Positions 20,076 through 29,471 are shown, numbered from the stretch's first letter. The stretch is DNA of 64,000 bases from Candidatus Omnitrophota bacterium (GCA_029564765.1 JAKQPK010000013.1:125753-189752), one strand, 5' to 3'. The notes: generated from the sequence alone by a model not told the origin. Program-made: numbers and translations.

Positions 20076-21341
20076 ATGTCCAAAGCCGCGAAACAAGTGA
20101 TCATTATCTTAGGGCTGCTGTTGGTTGTAAGTATCTTTGTTGCCTTCTCGACATTCAGTCAGAAAGCCACAATAGAACAAACTGCCGCGCAACTCCAAGG
20201 AGAAGTTGCGGGATACAAAAAAGACATTGCCACTCTTGATCAGAAACAAAAAGAAATTTTAGGGGAAAACGATCGCATTAAGCAGCAAGCGTCTGATGTT
20301 GCGAAGCAAAAAAATAAATTACAGGAAGAAGTCGATAGCCTTGCAAAGAAATTAAAGGATTTTGAAAAACGTGTTAGCGACGCTATGAGCGAGAGAGACG
20401 AATTAAAAGATCGCTATAGTAAAGTAAGTCGTGAGCGCGACGAAGTGATGTCAAAGTTGCAGGAAACAGAGCGAAAACTCTCTGAGGCTCAGAAGAAGGC
20501 GGAGTCTGTGGTTGCTGCTGTTGCGCCAGCGTCAAGCTTGATCGATGAAAACAAACAACTTGAAAGTCATTGGGCTCAAGTGCTTAAAGAGAAAGCGGAT
20601 TTTAGCCTGCGTATTGCCAAGCTAGAAGACGAGTTGAATCAGAGCGCTTTGGATGTTACAGAATTGAAGAAAAAGAATTCTGACCTAACGCTTGAGATCA
20701 GCGCTCTTAAGCAGGAGCGAGAAGATCTACAGCAGCAGATCAAGCGTGGCCAGGATATCGCGGACAATGTTTCCTTAGATCTTGTGCGTGAGAAGAATGA
20801 CAAGAGATTCGTTGGCTCTCAGTTAGATAAGATAAAAGAGGAAAATCTAGCTTTGCGCGCACAGGTCAAAGAATTAGGCTCTATGAAGATCGTTCTTGAA
20901 AAAAGTATCGCGAAGCTACAAGAAGATAAATCCACCATTGAGAAAAAATTGGCTCAATCAGAGACTGTTATTCAAGAACGTCTCGATGATGTTCTCAAGC
21001 TAAAAGAAGATATCAATCGAAAAGTTCTATCAGATAACAAACCTCAAGAGGTCATCTTGCCGCCGATCATCGTCAACGGCTCTGGTCTCGTGTCAGATAA
21101 ACCTGCTGGATCTAGGCACGTGAACGTTTCCGGCGAGATCGTGAGTGTTAACCAAGAGAATAATTTTGTTATCGTAGACCTCGGACAGAAAACAGGGGTC
21201 AGCATCGGTGATCGCTTGAGCGTTTATCGAGGCTCAGCTTATCTTGGCGAAGTCGAGATCATTCAGGTCCGTGCGGATATTTCAGCAGCGGACATCAAAA
21301 AACAATCATCGCCGTTTCAAACAGGCGACCTTGTAAAATAA
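20076..21341 (+). CDS. Membrane-anchored long coiled-coil protein with C-terminal small beta domain (FlgT C-terminal-like)
   Basis: N-terminal TM, about 290 aa of heptad-rich sequence, LPPIIV linker, then GEIVSVNQENNFVIVDLG...GD.L.VYRG. Confidence 0.75.
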   Translation: MSKAAKQVIIILGLLLVVSIFVAFSTFSQKATIEQTAAQLQGEVAGYKKDIATLDQKQKEILGENDRIKQQASDVAKQKNKLQEEVDSLAKKLKDFEKRVSDAMSERDELKDRYSKVSRERDEVMSKLQETERKLSEAQKKAESVVAAVAPASSLIDENKQLESHWAQVLKEKADFSLRIAKLEDELNQSALDVTELKKKNSDLTLEISALKQEREDLQQQIKRGQDIADNVSLDLVREKNDKRFVGSQLDKIKEENLALRAQVKELGSMKIVLEKSIAKLQEDKSTIEKKLAQSETVIQERLDDVLKLKEDINRKVLSDNKPQEVILPPIIVNGSGLVSDKPAGSRHVNVSGEIVSVNQENNFVIVDLGQKTGVSIGDRLSVYRGSAYLGEVEIIQVRADISAADIKKQSSPFQTGDLVK

Positions 21342-21346
21342 TTCCC

Positions 21347-22354
21347 GTGAGCGCTAAAAAAATTAGCATTGAAGATGTTGCGCAGCGCGCCGGCGTGTCC
21401 ATCACGACCGTTTCTCGTGTCATCAATAATTTCCCTACTGTTTCCAAAAAAAACCGCGCTAAGGTCGAAGAAGCGATCGCCCATCTTAATTTTAAGCCGA
21501 ATGTAAGCGCCCAGCGTCTTGCTCGAGGGCTTAATACCGCGGTCGGCCTGGTCATGCCTGGCTATCCTGGCATTTTTCATTCTTTTTACGCGATCGAGAT
21601 CATTCGCGGGATCGGGCACGCGTGCGAAACATTGCATTTGGACCTTGTCTTTCATATTACTAATGGCATGAACCCTCTAAACACCAGCAACGTCGGTGGT
21701 GTTATTTTTGCGGATATCATTGAAAACCGTAAACAGTTAGAGTCGATCCTTTCGGAAGGGATCCCATGCATGGTCATCAACAACATCGTAGATGACCTTA
21801 AGGTGAACTTTATCGCTGTTGATAATTTTAAGGGTGCAGAGATGGCGGTCGACTATCTATTTGGGTTAGGCCACACGAAGATCGCGACAGTGACCGGAAG
21901 CCTGCAAACGCAAGGCGGCGTTCATCGCTTTGATGGATATAAAAGCGGCCTGAAGCAAAAAGGCCTTATCTTTACGGAAGATTATGTCTATGAGGGGGAT
22001 TATTCTCGCCGGTCCGCGAGAATAGGATTAGAAAAGTTTTTATCTCTTAAAGAAGATCGTCCGACAGCTATCTTTGCCGCTAGCGATGATATGGCATCGG
22101 AGATCATCAACGTGGCTCTTGAGCAAGGGCTCAAGGTTCCCAAAGACCTTTCTGTGATCGGTTTTGATGACAACCCTATAGGTCTATATGGCTCTGTAAG
22201 TTTGACAACCATTCGACAACCTCTTTTTAAAATGGCCGAAGAGGCTGTGAAGCAGCTGAACGCGATCGTTTCTGGACGTCGTCATTCGCCTGTTAAACAA
22301 GTCTTGGCGCCTGAGTTAGTGGTCCGAGAGTCGTGCGCATCCCCAGGCGCTTAA
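21347..22354 (+). CDS. LacI-family transcriptional regulator
   Basis: HTH IEDVAQRAGVSITTVSRVIN; PTAIFAASD, DLSVIGFDD, LTTIRQP and LVVRES. Confidence 0.96.
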   Translation: MSAKKISIEDVAQRAGVSITTVSRVINNFPTVSKKNRAKVEEAIAHLNFKPNVSAQRLARGLNTAVGLVMPGYPGIFHSFYAIEIIRGIGHACETLHLDLVFHITNGMNPLNTSNVGGVIFADIIENRKQLESILSEGIPCMVINNIVDDLKVNFIAVDNFKGAEMAVDYLFGLGHTKIATVTGSLQTQGGVHRFDGYKSGLKQKGLIFTEDYVYEGDYSRRSARIGLEKFLSLKEDRPTAIFAASDDMASEIINVALEQGLKVPKDLSVIGFDDNPIGLYGSVSLTTIRQPLFKMAEEAVKQLNAIVSGRRHSPVKQVLAPELVVRESCASPGA

Positions 22355-22459
22355 AACGACCTATTTTCTCCCGAACTGAATGATTGACAATCTCTGATTA
22401 AAAAGTTATTCTGTTTAGCACTTATCATTGAGATAAAATATATTTTATGGGGACTTATT

Positions 22460-22627
22460 ATGAATAAGCTCATCATGATCATGATGTACGCGCTGTGGAC
22501 CCTGACCTTGATTGGGATCCTGGTCGTGACGTTCACAAGCTTTCAATATCCGGACCTCAATATCGTTGTCCTCTTGTTGGCCGTTTTCGCTTTGATCAAC
22601 ACCTATTTCTCCCTTAAACATAAATAG
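22460..22627 (+). CDS. Small two-TM membrane protein (55 aa; not in ORF track)
   Basis: GGGGA SD-like element, ATG 22460, MNKLIMIMMYALWTLTLIGILVVTFTSFQYPDLNIVVLLLAVFALINTYFSLKHK; stop 9 nt before mnmG. Confidence 0.6.
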   Translation: MNKLIMIMMYALWTLTLIGILVVTFTSFQYPDLNIVVLLLAVFALINTYFSLKHK

Positions 22628-22636
22628 AGTCATTTT

Positions 22637-24520
22637 ATGAAGCAGTATGAATGCATAGTCGTTGGCGCTGGCCATGCAGGTATTGAAGCTGCCTTAGCGG
22701 CAAGCCGCATGGGATGCAAGACGCTCATGGTCAATATGTCGTTTGATACCATTGGCGAGATGAGCTGCAATCCGGCGATCGGTGGGGTCGGAAAGGGCCA
22801 GCTCGTTAAGGAAATCGACGCTCTTGGCGGAGAAATGGGGAAGGCTGCTGACGCAACAGGCATTCAATTCCGCCGACTTAACGCCTCCAAGGGTGCCGCT
22901 GTAAGATCCTCCCGCTGTCAGTCAGATCGCAAAAGATACAGGTTATACATGCAGGATGTCGTTAAGCATCAGAAGAACTTAGAGTTCTGCGAGGGCAAGG
23001 TCAGCGACGTGCTGGTGCAGGACGATAAAGTTATCGGCATTAAGACAGAAGATGGCACGTCTATCTTGACTGTGTCGGTCATATTGACCCCAGGGACTTT
23101 TCTAAACGGCAAGGTCCATATCGGGCCAAAAACATTTCCTGCTGGGCGCATCAACGAAGAGAGCGCGACGTTTCTCGCGCGCTCTTTGAAAGATAATGGT
23201 TTTCGCTTGATGAGCTTTAAGACCGGAACGCCGCCGCGGATAGACGGCGAGACGATCGATTTTCAGCATTTAACGCGTCAAGATTCAGATGACCCTCCGT
23301 TGCCATTCTCGTTCGCGACCACAAGGATCCCATTAGAGCAGAAATTATTGCCTTGCTACATAACGACGACCAATGAGAAGACGCACGATATTATTCGGGC
23401 TAACCTTCATTTGTCTCCTATGTATTCAGGAAAGATCCAATCAACGGGTGTGCGGTATTGCCCCTCCATTGAAGATAAACTTGTTAAATTCGCAAGCAAG
23501 CAGCAGCACCATGTTTTTCTAGAACCCGAAGGATTGGATACGAATCTTTATTATCCGAACGGCATTTCAACGGGGTTGCCGGAGGATGTCCAGAAAGCGA
23601 TGGTTCATTCGATCAAAGGATTAGAGCGCGCGAAGATCGCTCGCTTCGGTTACTCGATTGAGCATGATGTCATTGACGCCACACAGCTGAACGCTAGCCT
23701 GGAAAGCAAACATCTTTCGGGGCTGTTCTTTGCGGGGCAGATCAATGGAACGACCGGATATGAGGAGGCTGCCGCGCAAGGGATCATCGCTGGGATCAAT
23801 GCCGCGCTGAGGGTCAAAGGCCGAGGCCCTTTTGTCTTGGGCCGTGATGAGGCGTATATTGGCGTCCTGATCGATGACCTTGTTACCAAGGGAACACAAG
23901 AACCCTATCGCATGTTCACGTCGCGCGTAGAATATCGCTTGGTTGTTCGAGAAGACAACGCTGATAAGCGCATGGCCGGTTACGCGTATCAATTTGGCCT
24001 TGTATCTGAAGCGCAGTATAGGAAGGTTGAGAAAAAATATGCCGCGATCGATCAGATGATCAATCAGTTAAAAGAAAAAAAGGTGGCACCAGGGCCGCAA
24101 ATAGACCTTATTCTTCAAGAACATAAAAGCGCGCCCTTGCGCCGCGTTACGACCCTAAACGAGATCCTTAAGCGCCCTGAGATGACTTTTGACGCGATCG
24201 CTGATCTCATAGGGGATGGGGCAGGATCTTCGCGGGAGCTGATCGATCAGGTCGAATATGATATTAAGTACGAAGGCTTTATTGCCCGTCAGAAAAAAGA
24301 CATTGAGAAATTTAAATATTTGGAAAAGATCAAGCTTCCCGCTGAGATCAATTATGAAGAGATCTTTAGCTTGTCCATTGAAACGCGGCAGAAGTTACAA
24401 CGTTTTAAGCCAGCTACCTTGGGTCAGGCTAATCGCATTTCAGGGGTAACGCCAGCTGCCATCTCAATTTTAATGGTATATCTCAAGAAGCGCTCTCTAG
24501 AACAAGAGGAAAGGAAATGA
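22637..24520 (+). CDS. mnmG: tRNA uridine 5-carboxymethylaminomethyl modification enzyme MnmG/GidA
   Basis: VVGAGHAGIEAA, MSCNPAIGG, FKTGTPPR, RYCPSIEDK and AGQINGTTGYEEAAAQG. Confidence 0.98.
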   Translation: MKQYECIVVGAGHAGIEAALAASRMGCKTLMVNMSFDTIGEMSCNPAIGGVGKGQLVKEIDALGGEMGKAADATGIQFRRLNASKGAAVRSSRCQSDRKRYRLYMQDVVKHQKNLEFCEGKVSDVLVQDDKVIGIKTEDGTSILTVSVILTPGTFLNGKVHIGPKTFPAGRINEESATFLARSLKDNGFRLMSFKTGTPPRIDGETIDFQHLTRQDSDDPPLPFSFATTRIPLEQKLLPCYITTTNEKTHDIIRANLHLSPMYSGKIQSTGVRYCPSIEDKLVKFASKQQHHVFLEPEGLDTNLYYPNGISTGLPEDVQKAMVHSIKGLERAKIARFGYSIEHDVIDATQLNASLESKHLSGLFFAGQINGTTGYEEAAAQGIIAGINAALRVKGRGPFVLGRDEAYIGVLIDDLVTKGTQEPYRMFTSRVEYRLVVREDNADKRMAGYAYQFGLVSEAQYRKVEKKYAAIDQMINQLKEKKVAPGPQIDLILQEHKSAPLRRVTTLNEILKRPEMTFDAIADLIGDGAGSSRELIDQVEYDIKYEGFIARQKKDIEKFKYLEKIKLPAEINYEEIFSLSIETRQKLQRFKPATLGQANRISGVTPAAISILMVYLKKRSLEQEERK

Positions 24521-25140
24521 TCCTCAGAGGTTTTTATTTTATCACGGATCACGTCTTGACGCGGCAAGGGGTTCTAAGGGATGTCCAGAGCGCTTTGACG
24601 GCAGGCGTAGCGGCCATCCAGTACCGCAAGAAAGACGGTGATAAGGATCTGATGATCGCTGAGGCTAAAGAGATCCGCCATCTTTGCCAGAAGGTCCCGT
24701 TCATTGTCAATGATCTCCTTGACGTAGCTGAGGCTTCTCAGGCAGACGGGCTGCATATTGGCCAGAGAGACATTTCTTACGCTCAGGCGCGCGCGGCCCT
24801 TGGCCGAGAGAAGATCATTGGCATAAGCGTCACCAGCCTTGATCAAGCGCAGCGCGCCTGTGACGTAGGAGCTGATTATCTTGGGGTTGGCCCGATCTTC
24901 GCGACAGCGACCAAGAAAGACGCTGCTTTGCCTTGTGGCACCGCATTGATCCGCAGCATTAAAAAGATATGTCCTTTGCCAATTGTGGCGATCGGCGGCA
25001 TTACGCTTGAAAATGCGGCAGAAGTCCTTGAGGCGGGGGCGGACAGCCTTTGCGCTATTTCTGCAACGGTCGCAAGCGCAAGCGTCCAGGAGAGCATCCA
25101 GCTTTTTAATAAGGCCTTTGAGAGGAAGGATAGCCGGTAA
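24517..25140 (+). CDS. thiE: Thiamine-phosphate synthase
   Basis: IQYRKK, FIVND, DGLHIGQ, DYLGVGPIFATATKKD and VAIGGI. Confidence 0.93.
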   Translation: MILRGFYFITDHVLTRQGVLRDVQSALTAGVAAIQYRKKDGDKDLMIAEAKEIRHLCQKVPFIVNDLLDVAEASQADGLHIGQRDISYAQARAALGREKIIGISVTSLDQAQRACDVGADYLGVGPIFATATKKDAALPCGTALIRSIKKICPLPIVAIGGITLENAAEVLEAGADSLCAISATVASASVQESIQLFNKAFERKDSR

Positions 25141-25349
25141 TTCTTTTTATCGTCGGCAAAAGGATAAAGAACTGGTACCAAAAAAAATCTTGATTATTTT
25201 TGTTTTGCGGATATACTTTTAAACAATCTTTTGATAATAAATGTCACAGATGGCTTAAAAAATATTATTTTTTCTTGCATTTTAATCACGTTTTTATAAC
25301 ATAAGTAGTGAAAGCATTACTTAGCGATCAGAAAGGAAGGATACAATCG

Positions 25350-25805
25350 ATGGCCAATCAAGTTTTTGGTTATCAGCTGTTGCTCGATCTTTACGGATGC
25401 AAAGAGGGAACATGTGACGATCTTTCATTATGCTATCAGTTTCTCGATGAGATCGTTGAGAAGTTGGGCATGGAAAAACAGTCACCGCCAAGCATTTTTC
25501 GAAGCGATGCTACACGTTTTCCCGATAAGGCCGGTCTTTCGGGTTGGGCGCCTTTGATCGAAAGTTCGATCGTTATCCATACGCTATCCCCTAAGAATTA
25601 TATTTCTGTTGATGTCTATTGTTGCAAGGCCTTTGATTCTGAGGTAGCGCGTGAGATGTGCCGTAAATTTTTTAATCCTTCCAAGATCGATGATCAGTAT
25701 ATCGAGCGCGGCTTGGATTATTACAAAACAGATAGCACGTATCATACGATGACCGTTACCAGAAATACCAGCGAAGAACCTGAGGTCGTTCTAAGCCGTA
25801 AATAG
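25350..25805 (+). CDS. S-adenosylmethionine decarboxylase (SpeD/SpeH) family pyruvoyl proenzyme, divergent
   Basis: FGYQLLLDLYGC, GLSGWAPLIESSIVIHT (E|S cleavage site), ISVDVYCCK and IERG. Confidence 0.8.
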   Translation: MANQVFGYQLLLDLYGCKEGTCDDLSLCYQFLDEIVEKLGMEKQSPPSIFRSDATRFPDKAGLSGWAPLIESSIVIHTLSPKNYISVDVYCCKAFDSEVAREMCRKFFNPSKIDDQYIERGLDYYKTDSTYHTMTVTRNTSEEPEVVLSRK

Positions 25806-25825
25806 TTTTGTAGATAGATGTGAGT

Positions 25826-25865
25826 AAGGGCCCCGCAGGATCTCTGCGGGGCCCTTTTCATTTTT
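25826..25865 (+). terminator. Rho-independent terminator
   Basis: AAGGGCCCCGCAG-gatct-CTGCGGGGCCCTT followed by a T-rich tail. Confidence 0.9.
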
Positions 25866-25950
25866 GCAAGATTCCTTTTACTCGCAAAGATCACCGTGAT
25901 ACAATCAAGTCGCTTTTTAAATGAGGCCATTTTTTAACAGAAGGACGTCC

Positions 25951-26175
25951 ATGCCTAAGATCAATGAGCTTATTGAGTGGGATTATTTGGGATCACATTG
26001 CAGTCTGTATATAAAACATTTCCGTGACGAGGAAGGCAATAAAGGTGTTACGATGATCTTTGAGGATGTCACGCACGATAAGGTCACGGAGATCGTTATC
26101 CCCGCGCGGAAATTTCCGACATTTTTACGCGTTATCAATGACAGCAATCGGTATTCCAACAGCATTCTCCCGTAA
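25951..26175 (+). CDS. Hypothetical small soluble protein
   Basis: AAGGA SD before ATG 25951; 74 aa with beta-rich pattern; no family recognised. Confidence 0.6.
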   Translation: MPKINELIEWDYLGSHCSLYIKHFRDEEGNKGVTMIFEDVTHDKVTEIVIPARKFPTFLRVINDSNRYSNSILP

Positions 26176-26222
26176 CCGGCCTTAGCTAACACAGGACACG
26201 TTAACGCGAAAGGATCCCCATT

Positions 26223-26831
26223 ATGTGTTGTTCTGGATCAAAGATCGTTTTTGTTGTTGCCTGGTGTTCTTTATTTGCCGCAGGCCTATTTCTTTTTTAT
26301 TTTCTTAAAAGCCGTCATCATTTTATTTTATTGCAAGCCCAAGCGATCAAGCGCGGCGGCATGGTGGGCTCTCACGCGCTGATCTTTCCTAAGCTTATTT
26401 TTCACTGGCAGAATTATCAGATCACATCGTTTATTACCTTACCGGCAAAAACAAATCCAACTTTTGTCGTTGTGTCTGTCGCTGTACATCCCATCAAGCC
26501 GTGTGGTTTTGTTGTTGAACGTAGAAATCCTTGGATCCCAGGCCTGAACATTGTTTTTGGATCAAAGAAAATACCCACAGGATCTCTTATTTTTGATCAA
26601 GAGTTCACTGTTTTTAGAAGAGGCGACGAAGATCTCGGATCAATCCTTGATCCGCAGGTCCAAGAGATGCTGTTGACTATCAAAGCACAGAACCCTTTGA
26701 TCAGCCTTGAGAAGAATGTCCTGACCATCCGTGCGCCACACTCAGCGCACAACGCGCAAGAGATCGACGCGCTGATCGATCTTACGATCGTTTTCCTTCA
26801 GCGATTGAAAGACCTGTCTTTTATTGTTTAG
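26223..26831 (+). CDS. Hypothetical protein with N-terminal TM anchor
   Basis: 202-aa ORF; hydrophobic N-terminus; TGSLIFDQEFTV segment. Confidence 0.6.
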   Translation: MCCSGSKIVFVVAWCSLFAAGLFLFYFLKSRHHFILLQAQAIKRGGMVGSHALIFPKLIFHWQNYQITSFITLPAKTNPTFVVVSVAVHPIKPCGFVVERRNPWIPGLNIVFGSKKIPTGSLIFDQEFTVFRRGDEDLGSILDPQVQEMLLTIKAQNPLISLEKNVLTIRAPHSAHNAQEIDALIDLTIVFLQRLKDLSFIV

Positions 26832-26840
26832 GCCGGATTT

Positions 26841-27740
26841 ATGGCTTATAAGTCAACGAACAATCTTTTTAGGATCCTTGGCGTTACCATTACCGCTGCG
26901 TGCTTATTTTCTTATATCTTTATGAACAATAAGGATCTTCTGAGGAAGGCCTTTTTAAGGGTCAAGGGCCAGCCTATTGATGTTCATTTACAAACTCGCC
27001 AGACCCAAGGAGCAGCCGCTATTATCAAAACAGAGCGATGGGGTCCTGGGCAGACAGCTATTGTGGTCATTGATATGTGGGATCAGCATTGGCATCAATG
27101 TCGCATCGGCGATCGTATCCAGGAATTAGCGCCAGCTATCAACTGTTTTCTTGTTGCGGCACGAAAGAAAAATATCCTCGTTATCCATGCCCCCAGCGAC
27201 GTCGTGTGGCATTATGAAAGTCATCCCGCGCGCAAAAAAGTCCAGAAAATTCCTCAAGCAAAAAGCTTAAGGGATCTTTTTGGCAAGGAAAACAAAGGCC
27301 TGCCCATTGAAAGTCGAGGAGAAGAGCCGCAAATAGATGCTTTGGTCCAGGACTGTTCATGGGGCTGTGTCCGAGGCCAGCCTTGGACGCAACAAAGCGA
27401 AGTGATCAAGATAAGGGATCATGATCTCATAACAGCCAAGGGTGGCGAGATCTGGAGCATCCTTGAGTTTTATGGCATCAAAAATATTATCGTTGTCGGA
27501 GTTCATGCGGATGGCTGTATTCTTTCGCGCAGCTTTGGCTTGCGTAATCTTGTGCGATCAGGCAAGAGGGTTGTCCTGTGCCGCGACCTTACGGACGTCC
27601 TTTGCGATGACCAGGGCAGGATAGGCGTTCATGCTCAAGCTCTCCAGAAGGCCCTTGCGTATATTGAAGAGAATATTTGTCCAACGATGTTATCAAGCGA
27701 CATTACGTATAAACCTCCGTTCCGATTTGTTGATCGGTGA
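26841..27740 (+). CDS. Membrane-anchored isochorismatase/cysteine hydrolase family protein
   Basis: TAIVVIDMWD, VIHAPS, VVGVHADGCIL (nucleophile Cys) and LCRDLTD. Confidence 0.8.
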   Translation: MAYKSTNNLFRILGVTITAACLFSYIFMNNKDLLRKAFLRVKGQPIDVHLQTRQTQGAAAIIKTERWGPGQTAIVVIDMWDQHWHQCRIGDRIQELAPAINCFLVAARKKNILVIHAPSDVVWHYESHPARKKVQKIPQAKSLRDLFGKENKGLPIESRGEEPQIDALVQDCSWGCVRGQPWTQQSEVIKIRDHDLITAKGGEIWSILEFYGIKNIIVVGVHADGCILSRSFGLRNLVRSGKRVVLCRDLTDVLCDDQGRIGVHAQALQKALAYIEENICPTMLSSDITYKPPFRFVDR

Positions 27741-27770
27741 CGTGTTTGTTCTTGGCTTATTGTTTTGCGT

Positions 27771-27799
27771 GGAACTTTTTGCTCCTAAGGCTTGTCTAA
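27771..27799 (+). promoter_or_regulatory. ECF (RpoE-type) promoter upstream of the ECF sigma gene
   Basis: GGAACTT-N16-GTCTAA; a second copy with identical spacing lies at 28850. Confidence 0.75.
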
Positions 27800-27816
27800 G
27801 ATAATGAGGAAGAGAT

Positions 27817-28380
27817 ATGGTCGACATCGCTCGCGAAACAATAGAACGCGCCGCACGCAACGATATGGCAGCTTTTAAGGAGATCTATCAAGCCGCAAGC
27901 CCTTTTGTTTATAGCCTTGCTTTGCGTATCGTGCCTAATAGCGCGGACGCGCAAGAGGTTACCCAGGATGTTTTTATTAAGATCTATCATCATCTTTCCA
28001 GTTTTCGTTTTTCTTCAGCTTTTAAAACGTGGATCTATCGCATCACGGTGAATACAGCGATCAATTATCATCGTAAGTACGCGAAGGAAAAACAAAGGCG
28101 CGTAAATAATGAGCATGTGCTAGACCTTGCTTCCTCAAGCTCTTCCAGCGATGAAAAGGCGCTTCAAGGCGACCATGAGGCACAGCTGAATATGTTGCTA
28201 GGATCGCTAACGCTAGAACATAGAGCTTGTATCGTTCTTCGCGAGATCGAAGGATTGAACTATCAACAAATGGCATCTGCTTTGAGCATTCCAGTGAACA
28301 CGGTGCGTTCGCGGCTTAAGCGCGCTCGGCAAGCATTGTTACAGGCCGCGAGAAAGGAGTCGCCCTATGAATTGCGATAA
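27817..28380 (+). CDS. ECF RNA polymerase sigma factor (RpoE/SigW-like)
   Basis: DAQEVTQDVFIK, FKTWIYRITVN and LREIEGLNY...IPVNTVRSRLKRAR. Confidence 0.95.
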   Translation: MVDIARETIERAARNDMAAFKEIYQAASPFVYSLALRIVPNSADAQEVTQDVFIKIYHHLSSFRFSSAFKTWIYRITVNTAINYHRKYAKEKQRRVNNEHVLDLASSSSSSDEKALQGDHEAQLNMLLGSLTLEHRACIVLREIEGLNYQQMASALSIPVNTVRSRLKRARQALLQAARKESPYELR

Positions 28381-28849
28381 GATAAAGAATATGTTGATGA
28401 CCGATCATTTGGACCATGAGCTTGGCGATAAAAAGCGGGAACTTGTTGACCAGCATGTATCCCACTGCAAATCTTGTCAAGAGCTTGTCAGGGCGTTGCA
28501 GGATCAGCGTAGCGCTTTTTCTCAGATAACGCCACATACGCCGCCAGTTCAAGTGTGGCAGAACATTCATGATGCTATTACAAATAAAGAAAGCTGTCTT
28601 AAAGGCTGGAAGGGCCGCTTGATAGATACGATAGGCTCTTTGCTGGCGCCTAAGCCGATCCTTGCCTTGGGTAGTGTCTTTGCCATGATGTTGATCTTGA
28701 TGGCAGTTGGTACAACTCATATTGCAGGGCGCTCTCAACACGCGTATGAGGCTGAGGCCTTGACGATCCTTGCTAGCTATAGCGCTAGCTTAGATCAGGT
28801 TGACGTGCCAACAGATTTTGGGACGGATATCGAGAAGTTCCTTTTGTAG
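28367..28849 (+). CDS. Zinc-binding (ZAS/zf-HC2) transmembrane anti-sigma factor
   Basis: MNC...HVSHCKSC (HxxxCxxC); one TM helix; overlaps the end of the sigma gene. Confidence 0.88.
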   Translation: MNCDKIKNMLMTDHLDHELGDKKRELVDQHVSHCKSCQELVRALQDQRSAFSQITPHTPPVQVWQNIHDAITNKESCLKGWKGRLIDTIGSLLAPKPILALGSVFAMMLILMAVGTTHIAGRSQHAYEAEALTILASYSASLDQVDVPTDFGTDIEKFLL

Positions 28850-28878
28850 GGAACTTCTGGCCAAGAGAGGTTGTCAAA
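28850..28878 (+). promoter_or_regulatory. ECF promoter upstream of the Spy/CpxP-like gene
   Basis: GGAACTT-N16-GTCAAA. Confidence 0.75.
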
Positions 28879-28898
28879 GTGAGCAAAGGAGGTGTTCG

Positions 28899-29432
28899 AT
28901 GAGAATAATGAAAATAGTGGCGGGTGTTGTCGTTGGGGTCCTTGTCGCGTCTGGGATCGCTTTTGCCCAGCAGAATGAAAAAGGGGGCGCATTTTCTAAG
29001 AAAGATTTTAAGGAGGCTATGCGCGAAAAGCTTGGCATCACGCAAGAACAGCATCAGCAACTGGAGTCCAATCGTCAACTTCAGGAAGAAACTGTTAAGG
29101 GCTTACGCGAAGCTATAAAACAGCAGCGCGGCAAACTGCAGCAGGCCTTAAAGGATCCGCAAGCTACCCGTGAGAGCGTGGAGCCCATCGTTGCTCAGAT
29201 GAAAGCGCTCCAGGGGCAGTTGATCGAACAGCGCGTGGATGCAATTTTTACAGCTAAGACGATCCTGACGCCGGAACAATTCGCGCAGTTCAACGAAATG
29301 GCTGGAAAACATTCAGCAGCAGAGAAGGGAAGAATGCGCGAAAGATCAAAACAGCGCAAAGGAACGTGGCTCATGAAGGGCGATGACGATCTTTTTGGTG
29401 GGCCGCCGTTTCCACCGCCACAGGAGGAATAA
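28899..29432 (+). CDS. Periplasmic Spy/CpxP (LTXXQ) family protein
   Basis: SD AGGAGG; signal peptide ending AFA; LGITQEQ and ILTPEQ motifs. Confidence 0.85.
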   Translation: MRIMKIVAGVVVGVLVASGIAFAQQNEKGGAFSKKDFKEAMREKLGITQEQHQQLESNRQLQEETVKGLREAIKQQRGKLQQALKDPQATRESVEPIVAQMKALQGQLIEQRVDAIFTAKTILTPEQFAQFNEMAGKHSAAEKGRMRERSKQRKGTWLMKGDDDLFGGPPFPPPQEE

Positions 29433-29471
29433 ATTCGATCAAGGGATATTGCAGGGGATCGTGCAGAAAAG

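Noticed and set aside
22355-22636. Possible oriC near mnmG/mnmE
   Set aside because: No clustered DnaA boxes (TTATCCACA-like) were seen, and the gap holds a promoter-like region and a small membrane ORF.
24400-24520. TPP riboswitch before thiE
   Set aside because: thiE overlaps the mnmG stop, so there is no leader space, and no TPP aptamer motif was seen.
28800-28898. Longer start for the Spy/CpxP-like gene
   Set aside because: It overlaps the anti-sigma gene and the ECF promoter; the SD and signal peptide support ATG 28899.
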